Of a stretch of DNA of 64,000 bases, positions 40,072 through 50,403 are shown one piece after another (position 1 is the stretch's first letter; each line of letters begins with the position of its first letter). The stretch comes from a virus (taxonomy: Duplodnaviria > Caudoviricetes). The stretch lies in IMG/VR virus record IMGVR_UViG_3300034102_001642, positions 4,832 to 68,831 of that record; one strand, written 5' to 3'. Made by a program: the position numbers and the translations under genes. The notes under the pieces are model-generated. The model worked only from the letters and a program-made list of their open reading frames with translations. It was not told the origin of the DNA and searched no databases.

Positions 40072-40887
40072 ATGACAAACGATTTAAAGTGGATGCTATC
40101 ATCAGATCAGCAATTTCCATATCAGGATGACAAGATGATCGAGCTTTGGTTTAAAGTTATGAAATGGTTCAAACCAGATGTTGTTGATTACCTTGGTGAC
40201 ACAGACGATCAAGCCTGTTATAGTAAATATACAGATGGCAAACCGACAGAATTTTTAAAGGCATATAAGAATGATGACGTGACAAATGATTTAGAGTTAA
40301 TGCTAAAAGATATGAAGATTGAGGCAAGCGGCGCTAGAGAATTTTATGAAAGAACAAGAAAAATGCTTCCAAACGCACAGCTATTCTCAGCACTAGGAAA
40401 CCACGATATTAGAATTTTTGATTATCTAGATAAAAAAATACCTGAATATGCAAAGCATGTAACACCAGAAGCTCTATGGAGTTTAGATTCATTGGGCTAC
40501 GATTATATTTATTATAACGAATTACCAGAACGCCGTTTTGGAGATATCCATGTTCACCACGGAATGTCAATTGCAGCCACAGGATCTGTTAGAAAAGATA
40601 TGGAAGATATGCAGGTGTCTTTAATTAGAGGTCATTCTCACAGGATCGCTTCACACATGGTTACTTACGAGCTTAGAAATAAAGGCAAGGGAGAAACTTT
40701 ACGTGGGTATGAGATTGGTCACATGTGTGATGAAAAAGGTCCAGGAATGAAATACACTCAACATCATGACTGGCAAAAAGGATTTGCTATTGCTCATATA
40801 GAAAATGGTAAATATCCTCACATTAACATGATCCATGTTTCACCAGAGTATTCTTGCGTAGTGGACGGAAAGCTCTTTCAAGTATGA
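40072..40887 (+). CDS. Calcineurin-like metallophosphoesterase
   Basis: SD.Q, GD..D, GNHD, HG, GHSH motifs. Confidence 0.85.
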   Translation: MTNDLKWMLSSDQQFPYQDDKMIELWFKVMKWFKPDVVDYLGDTDDQACYSKYTDGKPTEFLKAYKNDDVTNDLELMLKDMKIEASGAREFYERTRKMLPNAQLFSALGNHDIRIFDYLDKKIPEYAKHVTPEALWSLDSLGYDYIYYNELPERRFGDIHVHHGMSIAATGSVRKDMEDMQVSLIRGHSHRIASHMVTYELRNKGKGETLRGYEIGHMCDEKGPGMKYTQHHDWQKGFAIAHIENGKYPHINMIHVSPEYSCVVDGKLFQV

Positions 40888-41072
40888 TTAAGTGTAATAA
40901 ATGCGGAGGGAGAGTTTTTGTAGACAGAGTATTCTCTCAAAAAATGCATATGGAATTGTTTTGCATCATGTGCGGCAAGCGCTGGATGATGAATAAAAAT
41001 ACAAATAAGATGGGCAAATGGCTAGAGACACTAGAAGAAAATCACTCAAAGAAGTACGGTATTTCTTCTTAA
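40884..41072 (+). CDS. Zinc-ribbon protein
   Basis: CNKCGG...CIMCG. Confidence 0.7.
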   Translation: MIKCNKCGGRVFVDRVFSQKMHMELFCIMCGKRWMMNKNTNKMGKWLETLEENHSKKYGISS

Positions 41073-41500
41073 ACGAGAAGATACATAAGACTCTTAGCTT
41101 ATCTAGAGCTAAAGATCAATTGATTGCTTGGTCGTATTTAGATAAGAAAAGAATGCTTTACCCATATTCAGAAGTAGATAAAAATATGGGAAGTGCTTAT
41201 AGTATTGTTCAGGTTGCCTCAATGTTGAATAAACATAGGGTTACAATACAAGAGTATATTCTAGAAGGAAAAATTAAGTCTCCACAAAAAATTTATCCAA
41301 TAGGCAGTGCCTCAGAAGATGTTTGGTATAAGTATATGTTTAGCGACAAAGATATATTAGATTTACATCAATATATATTAGAAGCAGGTCACTCCAAAAA
41401 TGTTCCGTCTAAGGCAGAATTATTGGCTCTTCTCAAACACAGCTTTATATTGTATACTAAGACCGTAGACGGTTTTGTACCAGTATGGAAGGCGGAGTAA
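41018..41500 (+). CDS. HTH (MerR/excisionase-like) DNA-binding protein
   Basis: YSIVQVASMLNKHRVTIQEYILEGKI..P. Confidence 0.65.
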   Translation: MARDTRRKSLKEVRYFFLNEKIHKTLSLSRAKDQLIAWSYLDKKRMLYPYSEVDKNMGSAYSIVQVASMLNKHRVTIQEYILEGKIKSPQKIYPIGSASEDVWYKYMFSDKDILDLHQYILEAGHSKNVPSKAELLALLKHSFILYTKTVDGFVPVWKAE

Positions 41501-41631
41501 TGAGTTACAACCCAATATATACACTTGAGACTGGCGCTTCCAAAAAACGTAAAAGAGAAAAAGAAGTTGAGGAGTGGAATTCCAAGAACGGCCCTGTTAT
41601 AATAAAAAAGGTAGAAGATGGAAAAAAGTAG
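41500..41631 (+). CDS. Small hypothetical protein (43 aa, not in ORF track)
   Basis: MSYNPIYTLETGASKKRKREKEVEEWNSKNGPVIIKKVEDGKK; translationally coupled. Confidence 0.5.
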   Translation: MSYNPIYTLETGASKKRKREKEVEEWNSKNGPVIIKKVEDGKK

Positions 41632-41731
41632 GATGGCTACCTGCGATATTTGTAAAAGAGATATAGAAGTTCGCTGGGGGATATTTGCCAGCGATACATT
41701 AACTAGACATAAGAAGGCGGAGCACAAATGA
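41618..41731 (+). CDS. C2H2-type zinc-finger miniprotein (37 aa, not in ORF track)
   Basis: MEKSRMATCDICKRDIEVRWGIFASDTLTRHKKAEHK; overlaps both neighbours. Confidence 0.6.
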   Translation: MEKSRMATCDICKRDIEVRWGIFASDTLTRHKKAEHK

Positions 41732-41931
41732 CAACAAGAGTAAAGGTTGATCTTTCTTTTACTAGAAATCTTGGTAACTATGAAAGCATCAGGATAAATG
41801 TTGGCATAGAAGATGATGCCCGTTCTGGAGAAACAGTAGATATTGCTACAGAAAGAGTTTACGGATTTGTAGAAAAAAAGCTAATTCAAAAAATTGGTGA
41901 AATAGAGGAAGAGCTGAAAATTGGCAAATAA
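41728..41931 (+). CDS. Hypothetical protein
   Basis: TRNLGNYESIRI motif common in phage ORFs. Confidence 0.7.
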   Translation: MTTRVKVDLSFTRNLGNYESIRINVGIEDDARSGETVDIATERVYGFVEKKLIQKIGEIEEELKIGK

Positions 41932-42241
41932 TAGAGAGCCATATATCCTTATAACAAATTATCAAAATCTTTATAAAGAAAGATATGGCAGGCTTCCTGT
42001 ATTAAATAAGTTTAGAGAAAAATGGGCCATGCAGGATGTAATTGATAGCGTAGGATTTCATAAGGCAAATGACTTATTGAATTATTATTTTAGCCTAGAA
42101 AAAACAGGACACCCGTTACAATTCTTTTATTATAACTTTGATAAAATGGAAAATGCTAGAATAGAGTTACAAAAGGATATTGAGACACGCCGACTACTGC
42201 GAGAGTCTACTAAAAAGATGGTGGAAGAAGGCGGGCTATGA
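41921..42241 (+). CDS. Hypothetical protein upstream of helicase (possible loader)
   Basis: Coupled to dnaB-like gene. Confidence 0.6.
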   Translation: MANNREPYILITNYQNLYKERYGRLPVLNKFREKWAMQDVIDSVGFHKANDLLNYYFSLEKTGHPLQFFYYNFDKMENARIELQKDIETRRLLRESTKKMVEEGGL

Positions 42242-43485
42242 ATACAGAAGCAACACTAATTTCTGCTATATGTAAGAATAAAGATATAAGCACTGTTATG
42301 GCAGAAAATGTCGATGAGCTATTTACCTCTCATGGAGATGTTTGGGATGGTCTAAAGTCTTATTATAATAAGTTTAAGGCTATACCAGAAATTGGAATCC
42401 TACAAGAAAAATTTAAAGACTTTGAGCCAGACCTAAATGCAACAGCAGAAACTGCATATTATCTAGATAACCTTAAGAATGAGTTCTTGTCTAGCAGACT
42501 AAAGAGTATTTTAATTCGTGGCGGATCCATGCTAAAAGAAGATGTTGCTTCTAGAGTTATTGCCGAACTTCAGTCCCAGCTTTCTAGCTTAAACAAATAT
42601 ACAAATAATGTCCGTGACCTAGATATAACTGATGCAGATAAAGCCATTAAGCATTTAGAGGCTTTAAAGGCCCGTACAGCCCAGATGGGCGGTTCTCCAG
42701 GTATTAAGACTGGGTTCCAGTCAATCGACCTTGCATACCCCACTGGAATGGCTCCAGGACACCTTATAGTGGCCATTGGCTGGCCAGGGAAAGGAAAGAC
42801 ATGGTTTACATCCTACCTTGCCTGCAAGGCATGGGAGCAGGGATTTAAGCCCATGATTGTTTCTCTTGAAATGACACCAGAGAATATGCGTGACAGAATT
42901 TATACAATGCTGGGCTCAGGTTTATTTAAAGCTAGCGATTTTGCAAAGGGCGATATTAATATTGACGATTTCAGAACTTGGTCGGGAAAGAAATTTGTAG
43001 ACAAGAATAAGTTTATCTTAGTATCAAATGAGGGCTCTGGAAATGTGACACCAAATGCTATTCAAGCAAAGATAGACCAGCACAAACCAGATATTGTTAT
43101 CCTAGACTATCATCAATTGTTTACAGATAATAATAACTCCAAGGCTCCAACAGAACGTAATATGAATATATCTCGTGAGTTTAAAAACTTAGCAGTAAGA
43201 AATAATATTCCTATTATTGATATTACCGCTGCTACAGCAGACGATATTACAGATCAAGATAACCCACCCATGATGAGTCAAGTTGCTTGGTCAAAAGCAA
43301 TTGAGTACGATGCAGATATGGCTATGGCTATTCACAAGTACAAGGGTACAGACATGATTGAAATTGTTTCTAGAAAGAATAGACACGGACACGACTTCGG
43401 TGTATTTTTAGATTGGGATATTAACAGGGGTATCGTCAAAGAGATTTACGAAAATCCGTTTGCAAATGACGCACAAAAGAATTAA
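42238..43485 (+). CDS. dnaB: Replicative DnaB-like helicase
   Basis: Walker A GWPGKGKT, SLEM, ILDY, SKAIEYDAD, KNRHG. Confidence 0.92.
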   Translation: MNTEATLISAICKNKDISTVMAENVDELFTSHGDVWDGLKSYYNKFKAIPEIGILQEKFKDFEPDLNATAETAYYLDNLKNEFLSSRLKSILIRGGSMLKEDVASRVIAELQSQLSSLNKYTNNVRDLDITDADKAIKHLEALKARTAQMGGSPGIKTGFQSIDLAYPTGMAPGHLIVAIGWPGKGKTWFTSYLACKAWEQGFKPMIVSLEMTPENMRDRIYTMLGSGLFKASDFAKGDINIDDFRTWSGKKFVDKNKFILVSNEGSGNVTPNAIQAKIDQHKPDIVILDYHQLFTDNNNSKAPTERNMNISREFKNLAVRNNIPIIDITAATADDITDQDNPPMMSQVAWSKAIEYDADMAMAIHKYKGTDMIEIVSRKNRHGHDFGVFLDWDINRGIVKEIYENPFANDAQKN

Positions 43486-43768
43486 AAGATTTCAAATTGC
43501 CGTAGAGTTTAATGACGACAGTCAAATTATAAGTTTAAGGCCTCAGTACGAAAACTTATTAACACAAGATATGCGTGGTAAAGGATATATAAGGGTATTA
43601 GATATTGATCCAGCTTTCTCAATAGAGTTTACTGGACAAACATGGAGATTCTTAATGACTCTCCACGGGATATATGTGGGAAGGAAGAAGGCATGGCAAT
43701 TCGAGGGTACAACTCAAAACAAATTGATACCAAGGACTACGCCCCAAGCCATATTAAATCAGTCTTAG
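43460..43768 (+). CDS. Hypothetical protein
   Basis: ORF bridging helicase and primase. Confidence 0.55.
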   Translation: MQMTHKRIKRFQIAVEFNDDSQIISLRPQYENLLTQDMRGKGYIRVLDIDPAFSIEFTGQTWRFLMTLHGIYVGRKKAWQFEGTTQNKLIPRTTPQAILNQS

Positions 43769-44688
43769 CTGAAATAGGACTTAATATTGTTGGCGCAACA
43801 GGCAATGATTTTCTATGCTACTGCCCATTTCATTCTAATAGACATACGTCTAGCTTTAGCGTAAGCCAAACATCTGGTGCATTTATTTGCTTCAACCCTG
43901 CTTGCGGAGAGACTGGCACTTTAGTTGATTTAATCAAACGCACTATGCATAAAAATGATTTTCAATCTTTAAGATTAATCGCAGCCAAAGAAACAGAAGC
44001 GTTAGATAACTTTGATGAAATTATGGAAGATATGCTTGAAGAGAAACCAGCCTTCGAAGAATTTTCACAAGAAACATTAGATAGACTTCATTCCGATCTT
44101 GCTCGTAACGGTAATGCTAGATCTTATTTAGAATCTAGAGGTATTAGCGTAGAGTCTATGAAACACTTTGGTCTTGGTTACTCACCAGCAATGAATATGA
44201 TTGTTACTCCAGTTCATAGTCCAGATGGAATTCCAATTGGAATAGTTGGTAGATCTATTGAGGGAAAGACTTTTAAAAATAGCACTAACCTTCCAAAAAG
44301 CAAAACTTTATTCAACATTCATAGAGCAAAAAAAATAGGAGACCAGGTGATAGTTTGTGAGTCAAACTTTGATGCAATAAGAATTCATCAGGCGGGATTC
44401 CCCAATGTCGTGGCAACCCTAGGTGGATTTTTGTCTAATGAGCAACAATCTTTATTAAATAGACATTTTAATAAGATAATAATTATGACAGATGCAGATG
44501 AAGCTGGCAGGGAATTAGGCAAATCTATTTCTAGTAAGCTTAGAAATAAAGATATTTCTTGGGCCTCTTTTGGATATCGTGAGATATATCCAAATAAGGC
44601 TAAGGATGCTGGTGATTTAACTGAAGAAGAAATAAAAATATGCATAAAAAAATCCGTATCAGATATTGAATATCGCTCATGGATATGA
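43693..44688 (+). CDS. dnaG: DNA primase (CHC2 zinc finger + TOPRIM)
   Basis: CPFH...SFSV...CF...CG; VCESNFDA, TDADEAG, KDAGD; start approximate. Confidence 0.9.
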   Translation: MAIRGYNSKQIDTKDYAPSHIKSVLAEIGLNIVGATGNDFLCYCPFHSNRHTSSFSVSQTSGAFICFNPACGETGTLVDLIKRTMHKNDFQSLRLIAAKETEALDNFDEIMEDMLEEKPAFEEFSQETLDRLHSDLARNGNARSYLESRGISVESMKHFGLGYSPAMNMIVTPVHSPDGIPIGIVGRSIEGKTFKNSTNLPKSKTLFNIHRAKKIGDQVIVCESNFDAIRIHQAGFPNVVATLGGFLSNEQQSLLNRHFNKIIIMTDADEAGRELGKSISSKLRNKDISWASFGYREIYPNKAKDAGDLTEEEIKICIKKSVSDIEYRSWI

Positions 44689-44742
44689 TATACTAAATAA
44701 ACAGATGGATTTACACCATCAACTATACAATAAGGAGATACA

Positions 44743-45420
44743 ATGGGTATCGTAAAAGGTCTAAAAGGATTAAATCAAGTTATGGACAAGCCTTCATACA
44801 GCGAAGGTGACGGAACAAAAGCACGTTGGGCAAAGCTAGAAGATGCGGAAAGCGTAAAAGTTCGCTTCCTGCAAGAACTAGATCCTGACTCACCAATGTA
44901 CAACGAAAAAAATGGTTTGGGTTTTATTGCCGTAGAGCATACTAACCCTAAAGACTACAAGCGCAAGGCACTATGTTCAATGGAAGATCAAGGCAAGTGC
45001 TACGGTTGCGAACAACACCGTAAAGATTATAAGGCGGGATGGAAAGGTCGTTCACGACTTTACATGAACGTATTAATTGATGATGGCAAAGAAGAGCCAT
45101 ACGTAGCAATTCTTTCTCAAGGTTCGAGTGGTAAAACAATTACGCCAACTCTTATTGAGTACGCTGGCGAAATGGGTTCTATCAGCAATCTAATGTGGCG
45201 CATTAAGCGCACAGGAACAAAGACAGATACAAGCTACACAATCATTCCTTTGGCTAAAGATGAGGCACCTTTTGATTCCTCAGCACTTGAATTGTACGAC
45301 TTGGAGACAACAGCAATTCGAGATTTGCCTTATACAGAGCAAGAAGGATTTTTTAACGGAGAAGGCGGAAGCCATGAAGCTCCTACTGCTTCAGACTCAG
45401 ACAGCAATTTAGTCTGGTAA
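44743..45420 (+). CDS. Single-stranded DNA-binding protein (gp32-like)
   Basis: VRFL, H/C/C/C zinc site, IKRTG...DTSY, acidic tail ending in W. Confidence 0.75.
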   Translation: MGIVKGLKGLNQVMDKPSYSEGDGTKARWAKLEDAESVKVRFLQELDPDSPMYNEKNGLGFIAVEHTNPKDYKRKALCSMEDQGKCYGCEQHRKDYKAGWKGRSRLYMNVLIDDGKEEPYVAILSQGSSGKTITPTLIEYAGEMGSISNLMWRIKRTGTKTDTSYTIIPLAKDEAPFDSSALELYDLETTAIRDLPYTEQEGFFNGEGGSHEAPTASDSDSNLVW

Positions 45421-45431
45421 CTATTTATAGT

Positions 45432-45464
45432 CAGGGGCAGTCTATTGACTGCCCCTGCTTTATT
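45432..45464 (+). terminator. Terminator hairpin overlapping the -35 (TTGACT) of a downstream promoter
   Basis: caggggcagtc-tatt-gactgcccctg-ctttattt; TTGACT 45445 and TAAAAT 45468. Confidence 0.75.
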
Positions 45465-45479
45465 TAGTAAAATAACATT

Positions 45480-45686
45480 ATGCCTACATATGAAATCCCA
45501 GATCCGTTTGAGACATTTGTTGCTAATAAATATAAAAACTATAAGGGTATGTGGTACGACTTCTTTGCAAGAGAATGGAATTTAAAATCTGCATGTTGTG
45601 GGAAAGAGCTTTATGCACCAAACAAAAAAACTATGATTAAGACAAGACTTTATCATACAAGGAATGAATGCATGGGCGGATATTAA
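45480..45686 (+). CDS. Hypothetical protein
   Basis: ORF coupled to dnaE. Confidence 0.6.
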   Translation: MPTYEIPDPFETFVANKYKNYKGMWYDFFAREWNLKSACCGKELYAPNKKTMIKTRLYHTRNECMGGY

Positions 45687-48600
45687 TGAGTTTTACACAC
45701 TTACATGTTCATTCTTATTATTCATTAATGGATGGACTAAATTCACCTAAAGAATTATGCCAAGCAGCGTTGGATGCTGGGCAAACTGCGATTGCAATTA
45801 CAGACCATGGCACTCTCTCTTCACACAGAGATATGCAAATTGCCGCAAAGGAAACTGGCATTAAGCCAATTCTTGGTGTTGAGGCGTACATATCTCCAAC
45901 CGATAGATTTGATAGATCATCTAAAACCGATAAATCTATTCAAGCCTACAACCACATTATTTTGCTAGCGAAAAATAAAAAGGGGTTGGAGAATATTAAT
46001 ATCCTTCAGGAGCTTGCTTGGAATGAAGGTTTTTATCATAAGCCAAGAATTGACAGAGAAATATTAGATCTATATAGCGAAGGCATTATCGTTCTCAGCG
46101 GATGTCTTAATGGACTCATTAGTAAGGCTATCGATAAGGGTAACATGGAGGAAGCAGAACTTCTTCTCAAGGGCTTTAAACAAACTTTTGGACAAGATTT
46201 TTACGTGGAAGTGCAATCACACAACCCTGTGGAGATCAACTCTGCCCTTTTAGAATTAGCAGACAATCTAAACATTAAGGCGGTGGCAACAGGAGACGCC
46301 CACTTTGCTAAAGAAGAAGATAGAATACTAGAGGAAGCATTGCTGATCCTATCTACATCTCCTAAAATTGACAAAGACTCGGACTTTGAGATGTCACGTA
46401 ATATTAAAGATATGATGGAGAGATTTAATTATCTATACCCAGACCGTAGAATTTCTTTCCAAGACTACAACTTGTTTATTCAGTCTAGAGAAGAGATTGA
46501 GGCAGACTTTAATAAAGCTGGAATTACTCGTACAGACATTTACGAAAATACAATAGAAATTGAAAAGAAGATTGGCGAATATGACTTTAATCAAGGGCTA
46601 GACCTTCTTCCAGTTCCTAAAACAGATGCCGACCAAAAACTGTCTGATATGGCTTTTGAAGGCCTAGAAAGGCTACGCCTCAGAGAGAGCTGGCTAGGCA
46701 ATGACGTATATGACCAGAGACTTATTGAAGAGTTAGAGATAATTAAATCTAAGAACTTTGCCTCGTATTTCTTAGTTGTGGCAGATATGATTAACTGGGC
46801 AAAAGAAAATAATATTATGGTTGGCCCAGGTCGTGGCTCTGCCGCAGGCTCGTTGGTCTGCTATGCGCTTGGCATTACAGATGTAGACCCAATTGAATAT
46901 GACTTGCTATTTTTTAGATTTATTAATCCAGAACGTAACGACTTTCCAGATATTGACACAGACTTCGAAGACCGTCGTCGTAAAGAAGTAAAAGAATATT
47001 TAAAGAAAAAATTCAAACATGTAGCATCTATTTCCACATACACTTATTTTAAAGATAAAGGTGTAATTAGAGACGCAGCAAGAATTTTTATGGTTCCGCT
47101 TCAAGAGGTTAATCGTGCAATGAAATCAATTGATACTTTTGAAGATTTTATTTCTTCTCCAAATACAAAAGAATTTAGAGCTAAATATCCAGAAGTAGTT
47201 TGGCTTGCAGATAGATTGCGTGGAAGAATTAGATCTGTTGGCGTACATGCTGCTGGAGTAGTTGTAGCAAAAGATGATTTAAGAAAGTTTGCACCAGTTG
47301 AATCGAGAGAAGACGCACAAGATAAAGTGTCGGGAAGAATTCCTGTCGTTGCATACGATATGGATACGGTTGCAGATATAGGTCTTATTAAACTAGATGC
47401 ACTAGGGCTTAAGACCTTATCTGTAATTTCTGATACCCTTAAATCAATTAAATCTAGGACAGGCAAAGATATAATATTATCGTCTATGACGCTTGATGAT
47501 CCAGAAGTTTATAAAATGCTTAGCGAAGGATTTACTAAGGGCGTATTCCAAGCTGAAGCAACACCATACACTAACCTTCTTATTAAAATGGGAACAGATA
47601 AGTTTGAGGATCTAGTTGCATCCAATGCACTTGTGAGGCCAGGAGCCATGAATACAGTTGGTGCTGCATACATTAAGCGTAAACACGGGAATGAGGCTGT
47701 AGATTATATGCATACTATAATGAAACCTTTTACCGAGAACACTTATGGTGTTATTATATATCAAGAGCAAGTTATGCAGGCATGCGTACACTTGGGCGGT
47801 ATGACTTGGGCAGAGGCTGATAAGGTCCGCAAGATTATTGGAAAGAAAAAAGATGCAAAAGAATTTGACCAGTTCAAAGATAGGTTTGTTATTGGGGCTT
47901 CAAAACACATTACTAAGAAAAAGGCAGAGGCGCTCTGGCACGATTTTGAAGCGCATGCTGGTTATTCTTTTAATCGTTCCCATGCCGTTGCTTATTCTAT
48001 GCTCAGTTATTATACTGCTTGGCTTAAGTTTTATTATCCGCTTGAGTTCATGTTTTCAATTCTTAAAAACGAAAATGATAAAGATGCTAGGACGGAGTAT
48101 TTAATTGAGGCTAAACGTCTAGGACTAAAGGTGCTACTGCCTCATATTAACGAGTCAGGTCTTGATTTTTCACTTCAAGAAAATGCAATCCGATTTGGAT
48201 TATCTGAAATTAAGTTTATATCTGACAACATTGCAAATAAAATTATTGACAGCAGACCTTATATTGACTACAATCATTTTATTTCTATTGCTTCTGCTAA
48301 AGGAAGCGGTATAAATAGTAGAGCAATTAGTTCACTTAATGCAATTGGTGCCGCAGCATTCAAAGATAATCCTAGAAGTGGAAATGAAAAAGATAATTAC
48401 TATGAGTATCTAAACATACCAACATTTAATTTAGAAGGTATTCCCCCAAGAGTTAAAGCTCAGGCTAGACCAATTGAAGAGTTTGATGACCTAGGCTCGT
48501 TTGTTATGTTCGGAATGGTAAAGGGAATTAAACGTGGAACAGGCTGGGCAAGAGTAGAGATTGTAGATGAGACTGGTTCAATAGGACTCTTTCATAATGA

Positions 48601-48967
48601 GCAGACACAAATTGAAGTAGGTCAGATGTATTTCATCCTCGTTGGAGACAATAGAATAGCAAGGTATATAAAGGTTTCGGATATAGACCCTTCATCAAAC
48701 GATATGTTTGTTGACTATTTGTACCGAAAAGAGTATGATCTTGAAGAAGACGAATATATAGTTGTAAACTTTACCCCATATGTAACAAAGGCAGGCAAAA
48801 CTATGAGCCATATAGTGTTGTCAAATAGAAATAAGGAGTTGACAAGAGCAATTGCTTTTCCAGCTATGTACAAAATGACCCTTGCAAAAATGCGTGAGGG
48901 AATGAAGTGTAGGGTTGTTCTATCAAAATTAGACGATGGAACTATGAATGTAAAGGAAATCAAATGA
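45686..48967 (+). CDS. dnaE: DNA polymerase III alpha subunit
   Basis: PHP domain HLHVHSYYSLMDG, TDHG; GPGRGSAAGSL; PDIDTD; KLDALGL; YSFNRSHA; no intein. Confidence 0.96.
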   Translation: MSFTHLHVHSYYSLMDGLNSPKELCQAALDAGQTAIAITDHGTLSSHRDMQIAAKETGIKPILGVEAYISPTDRFDRSSKTDKSIQAYNHIILLAKNKKGLENINILQELAWNEGFYHKPRIDREILDLYSEGIIVLSGCLNGLISKAIDKGNMEEAELLLKGFKQTFGQDFYVEVQSHNPVEINSALLELADNLNIKAVATGDAHFAKEEDRILEEALLILSTSPKIDKDSDFEMSRNIKDMMERFNYLYPDRRISFQDYNLFIQSREEIEADFNKAGITRTDIYENTIEIEKKIGEYDFNQGLDLLPVPKTDADQKLSDMAFEGLERLRLRESWLGNDVYDQRLIEELEIIKSKNFASYFLVVADMINWAKENNIMVGPGRGSAAGSLVCYALGITDVDPIEYDLLFFRFINPERNDFPDIDTDFEDRRRKEVKEYLKKKFKHVASISTYTYFKDKGVIRDAARIFMVPLQEVNRAMKSIDTFEDFISSPNTKEFRAKYPEVVWLADRLRGRIRSVGVHAAGVVVAKDDLRKFAPVESREDAQDKVSGRIPVVAYDMDTVADIGLIKLDALGLKTLSVISDTLKSIKSRTGKDIILSSMTLDDPEVYKMLSEGFTKGVFQAEATPYTNLLIKMGTDKFEDLVASNALVRPGAMNTVGAAYIKRKHGNEAVDYMHTIMKPFTENTYGVIIYQEQVMQACVHLGGMTWAEADKVRKIIGKKKDAKEFDQFKDRFVIGASKHITKKKAEALWHDFEAHAGYSFNRSHAVAYSMLSYYTAWLKFYYPLEFMFSILKNENDKDARTEYLIEAKRLGLKVLLPHINESGLDFSLQENAIRFGLSEIKFISDNIANKIIDSRPYIDYNHFISIASAKGSGINSRAISSLNAIGAAAFKDNPRSGNEKDNYYEYLNIPTFNLEGIPPRVKAQARPIEEFDDLGSFVMFGMVKGIKRGTGWARVEIVDETGSIGLFHNEQTQIEVGQMYFILVGDNRIARYIKVSDIDPSSNDMFVDYLYRKEYDLEEDEYIVVNFTPYVTKAGKTMSHIVLSNRNKELTRAIAFPAMYKMTLAKMREGMKCRVVLSKLDDGTMNVKEIK

Positions 48968-49161
48968 GTGATGCAAAAATAGAAGATATTTACGCACAGC
49001 TAAACATTGCTAAAATACTTGTTGCTGCAATTGAAAGTCTTGGAGAAATTTCTCTACCAGTTGAAAATTTTTTAAAGGCAGCCAATGAAGACAAAGAATT
49101 GCAAGTAGATTACAATGAGGGCGATCAAACATTTACATTTAAACTTAAACAAAAAGATTAA
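48964..49161 (+). CDS. Hypothetical protein
   Basis: Coupled ORF. Confidence 0.6.
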   Translation: MSDAKIEDIYAQLNIAKILVAAIESLGEISLPVENFLKAANEDKELQVDYNEGDQTFTFKLKQKD

Positions 49162-49223
49162 TTGTATAGGCTTCACAGCGCCCCATTTAAATGGTATACT
49201 AGTAGAGAGAAGAAAGAATACAA

Positions 49224-50228
49224 ATGACTATTTCCCTAGAAGATATAATGGCAAAGCTAGACCCAAAAACACGTGCAAGAGTTCAATCTGCACAAAATGT
49301 TCAAGTTCATAAACAATTAACTCCTAGCATAGGATTAAATGTTGCCTTAAAGGGTGGCTTAGGATATGGAAGACAAATATTAGTTTGGGGCAATAAGTCT
49401 GCTGGTAAATCTTCTTTCTGCTTACAGATGATAGCATTAGCACAACAAGAAGGCAAAACTTGTGCATGGATTGATGCAGAAGCATCTTATGATCAATCTT
49501 GGGCAGAGCAACTGGGAGTAGATTCATCTTCCCTTATTTATTCTCAAGCTAAAACAGTAAACGATATGGTAGACGTTGGCGTAAAGCTAATGGAAGCTGG
49601 CGTAGATGTAATTGTTGTTGACTCCATCTCTGCTTTGCTTCCTGGCATATATTTTGAAAAAGATGGAAACGAAATGAAAGATTTGCAAGACACAAAGCAA
49701 ATCGGCGCAGAAGCAAAGGATATGACTCACGCAGTCAAAATGTTAAACTATGCAAACAAAAACACACTACTTGTTCTTATCTCCCAACAAAGAAATCAGT
49801 TTGGGTCAATGCATGCTTCACACATCCCAACAGGAGGAATGGCAGTTAAATTTTTCTCTAGTACCGTTATCAAGCTCTGGTCTTCAGAAGCTGAAGCTAA
49901 TGCTATCAAGGCTGGCGTTCAAGTTGGGGACAAAATTATTGAACAGCGTGTCGGAAGACCAGTCAATTGGGTTATTGATTACAACAAGCTCGGCCCCCCT
50001 AACCTTTCAGGACAATACGATTTTTACTACCAAGGAGAATCTTTAGGAGTTGATCGTATTGGTGAGACGCTAGATGTTGCAGAAATGTACGGTTTAGTAG
50101 AAAAAGGTGGAGCATGGTACACAATTAATAAAGAACGTTTTCAGGGTAGGGCTAAGGCAGTAGCATACCTTAGAGATAACCCAAAAGTTGCTGGCTCTTT
50201 GATTGAGGAAATCAATGCCAAATCTTAA
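49224..50228 (+). CDS. recA: RecA/UvsX-like recombinase
   Basis: GNKSAGKS, WIDAE, VVDSI, TGG.A.KF, KGGAWY...QG. Confidence 0.93.
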   Translation: MTISLEDIMAKLDPKTRARVQSAQNVQVHKQLTPSIGLNVALKGGLGYGRQILVWGNKSAGKSSFCLQMIALAQQEGKTCAWIDAEASYDQSWAEQLGVDSSSLIYSQAKTVNDMVDVGVKLMEAGVDVIVVDSISALLPGIYFEKDGNEMKDLQDTKQIGAEAKDMTHAVKMLNYANKNTLLVLISQQRNQFGSMHASHIPTGGMAVKFFSSTVIKLWSSEAEANAIKAGVQVGDKIIEQRVGRPVNWVIDYNKLGPPNLSGQYDFYYQGESLGVDRIGETLDVAEMYGLVEKGGAWYTINKERFQGRAKAVAYLRDNPKVAGSLIEEINAKS

Positions 50229-50403
50229 TGAGTTTATTAACAGTCCTCGTGTTATTAGTAAAAAAAATCTAGAATCAATACTTGGGGTTAAGCCATGCTC
50301 AAAATGTGATAAGGATGCAGGTGAAGCATTTTGGGATCCAGAGTCTATGGTATTGTCTTGGGAATGTCCAGATGGCCACTTAAACGAAGTTAAGGTTGGA
50401 TAA
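50215..50403 (+). CDS. Small zinc-binding protein
   Basis: CSKC...WECPDGH. Confidence 0.65.
   Translation: MPNLNEFINSPRVISKKNLESILGVKPCSKCDKDAGEAFWDPESMVLSWECPDGHLNEVKVG

Noticed and set aside
44705-44722. Small hairpin (gatgg-atttaca-ccatc) in the SSB leader as a gp32-like autoregulatory element
   Set aside because: Only 5 bp and no evident pseudoknot; could be chance.
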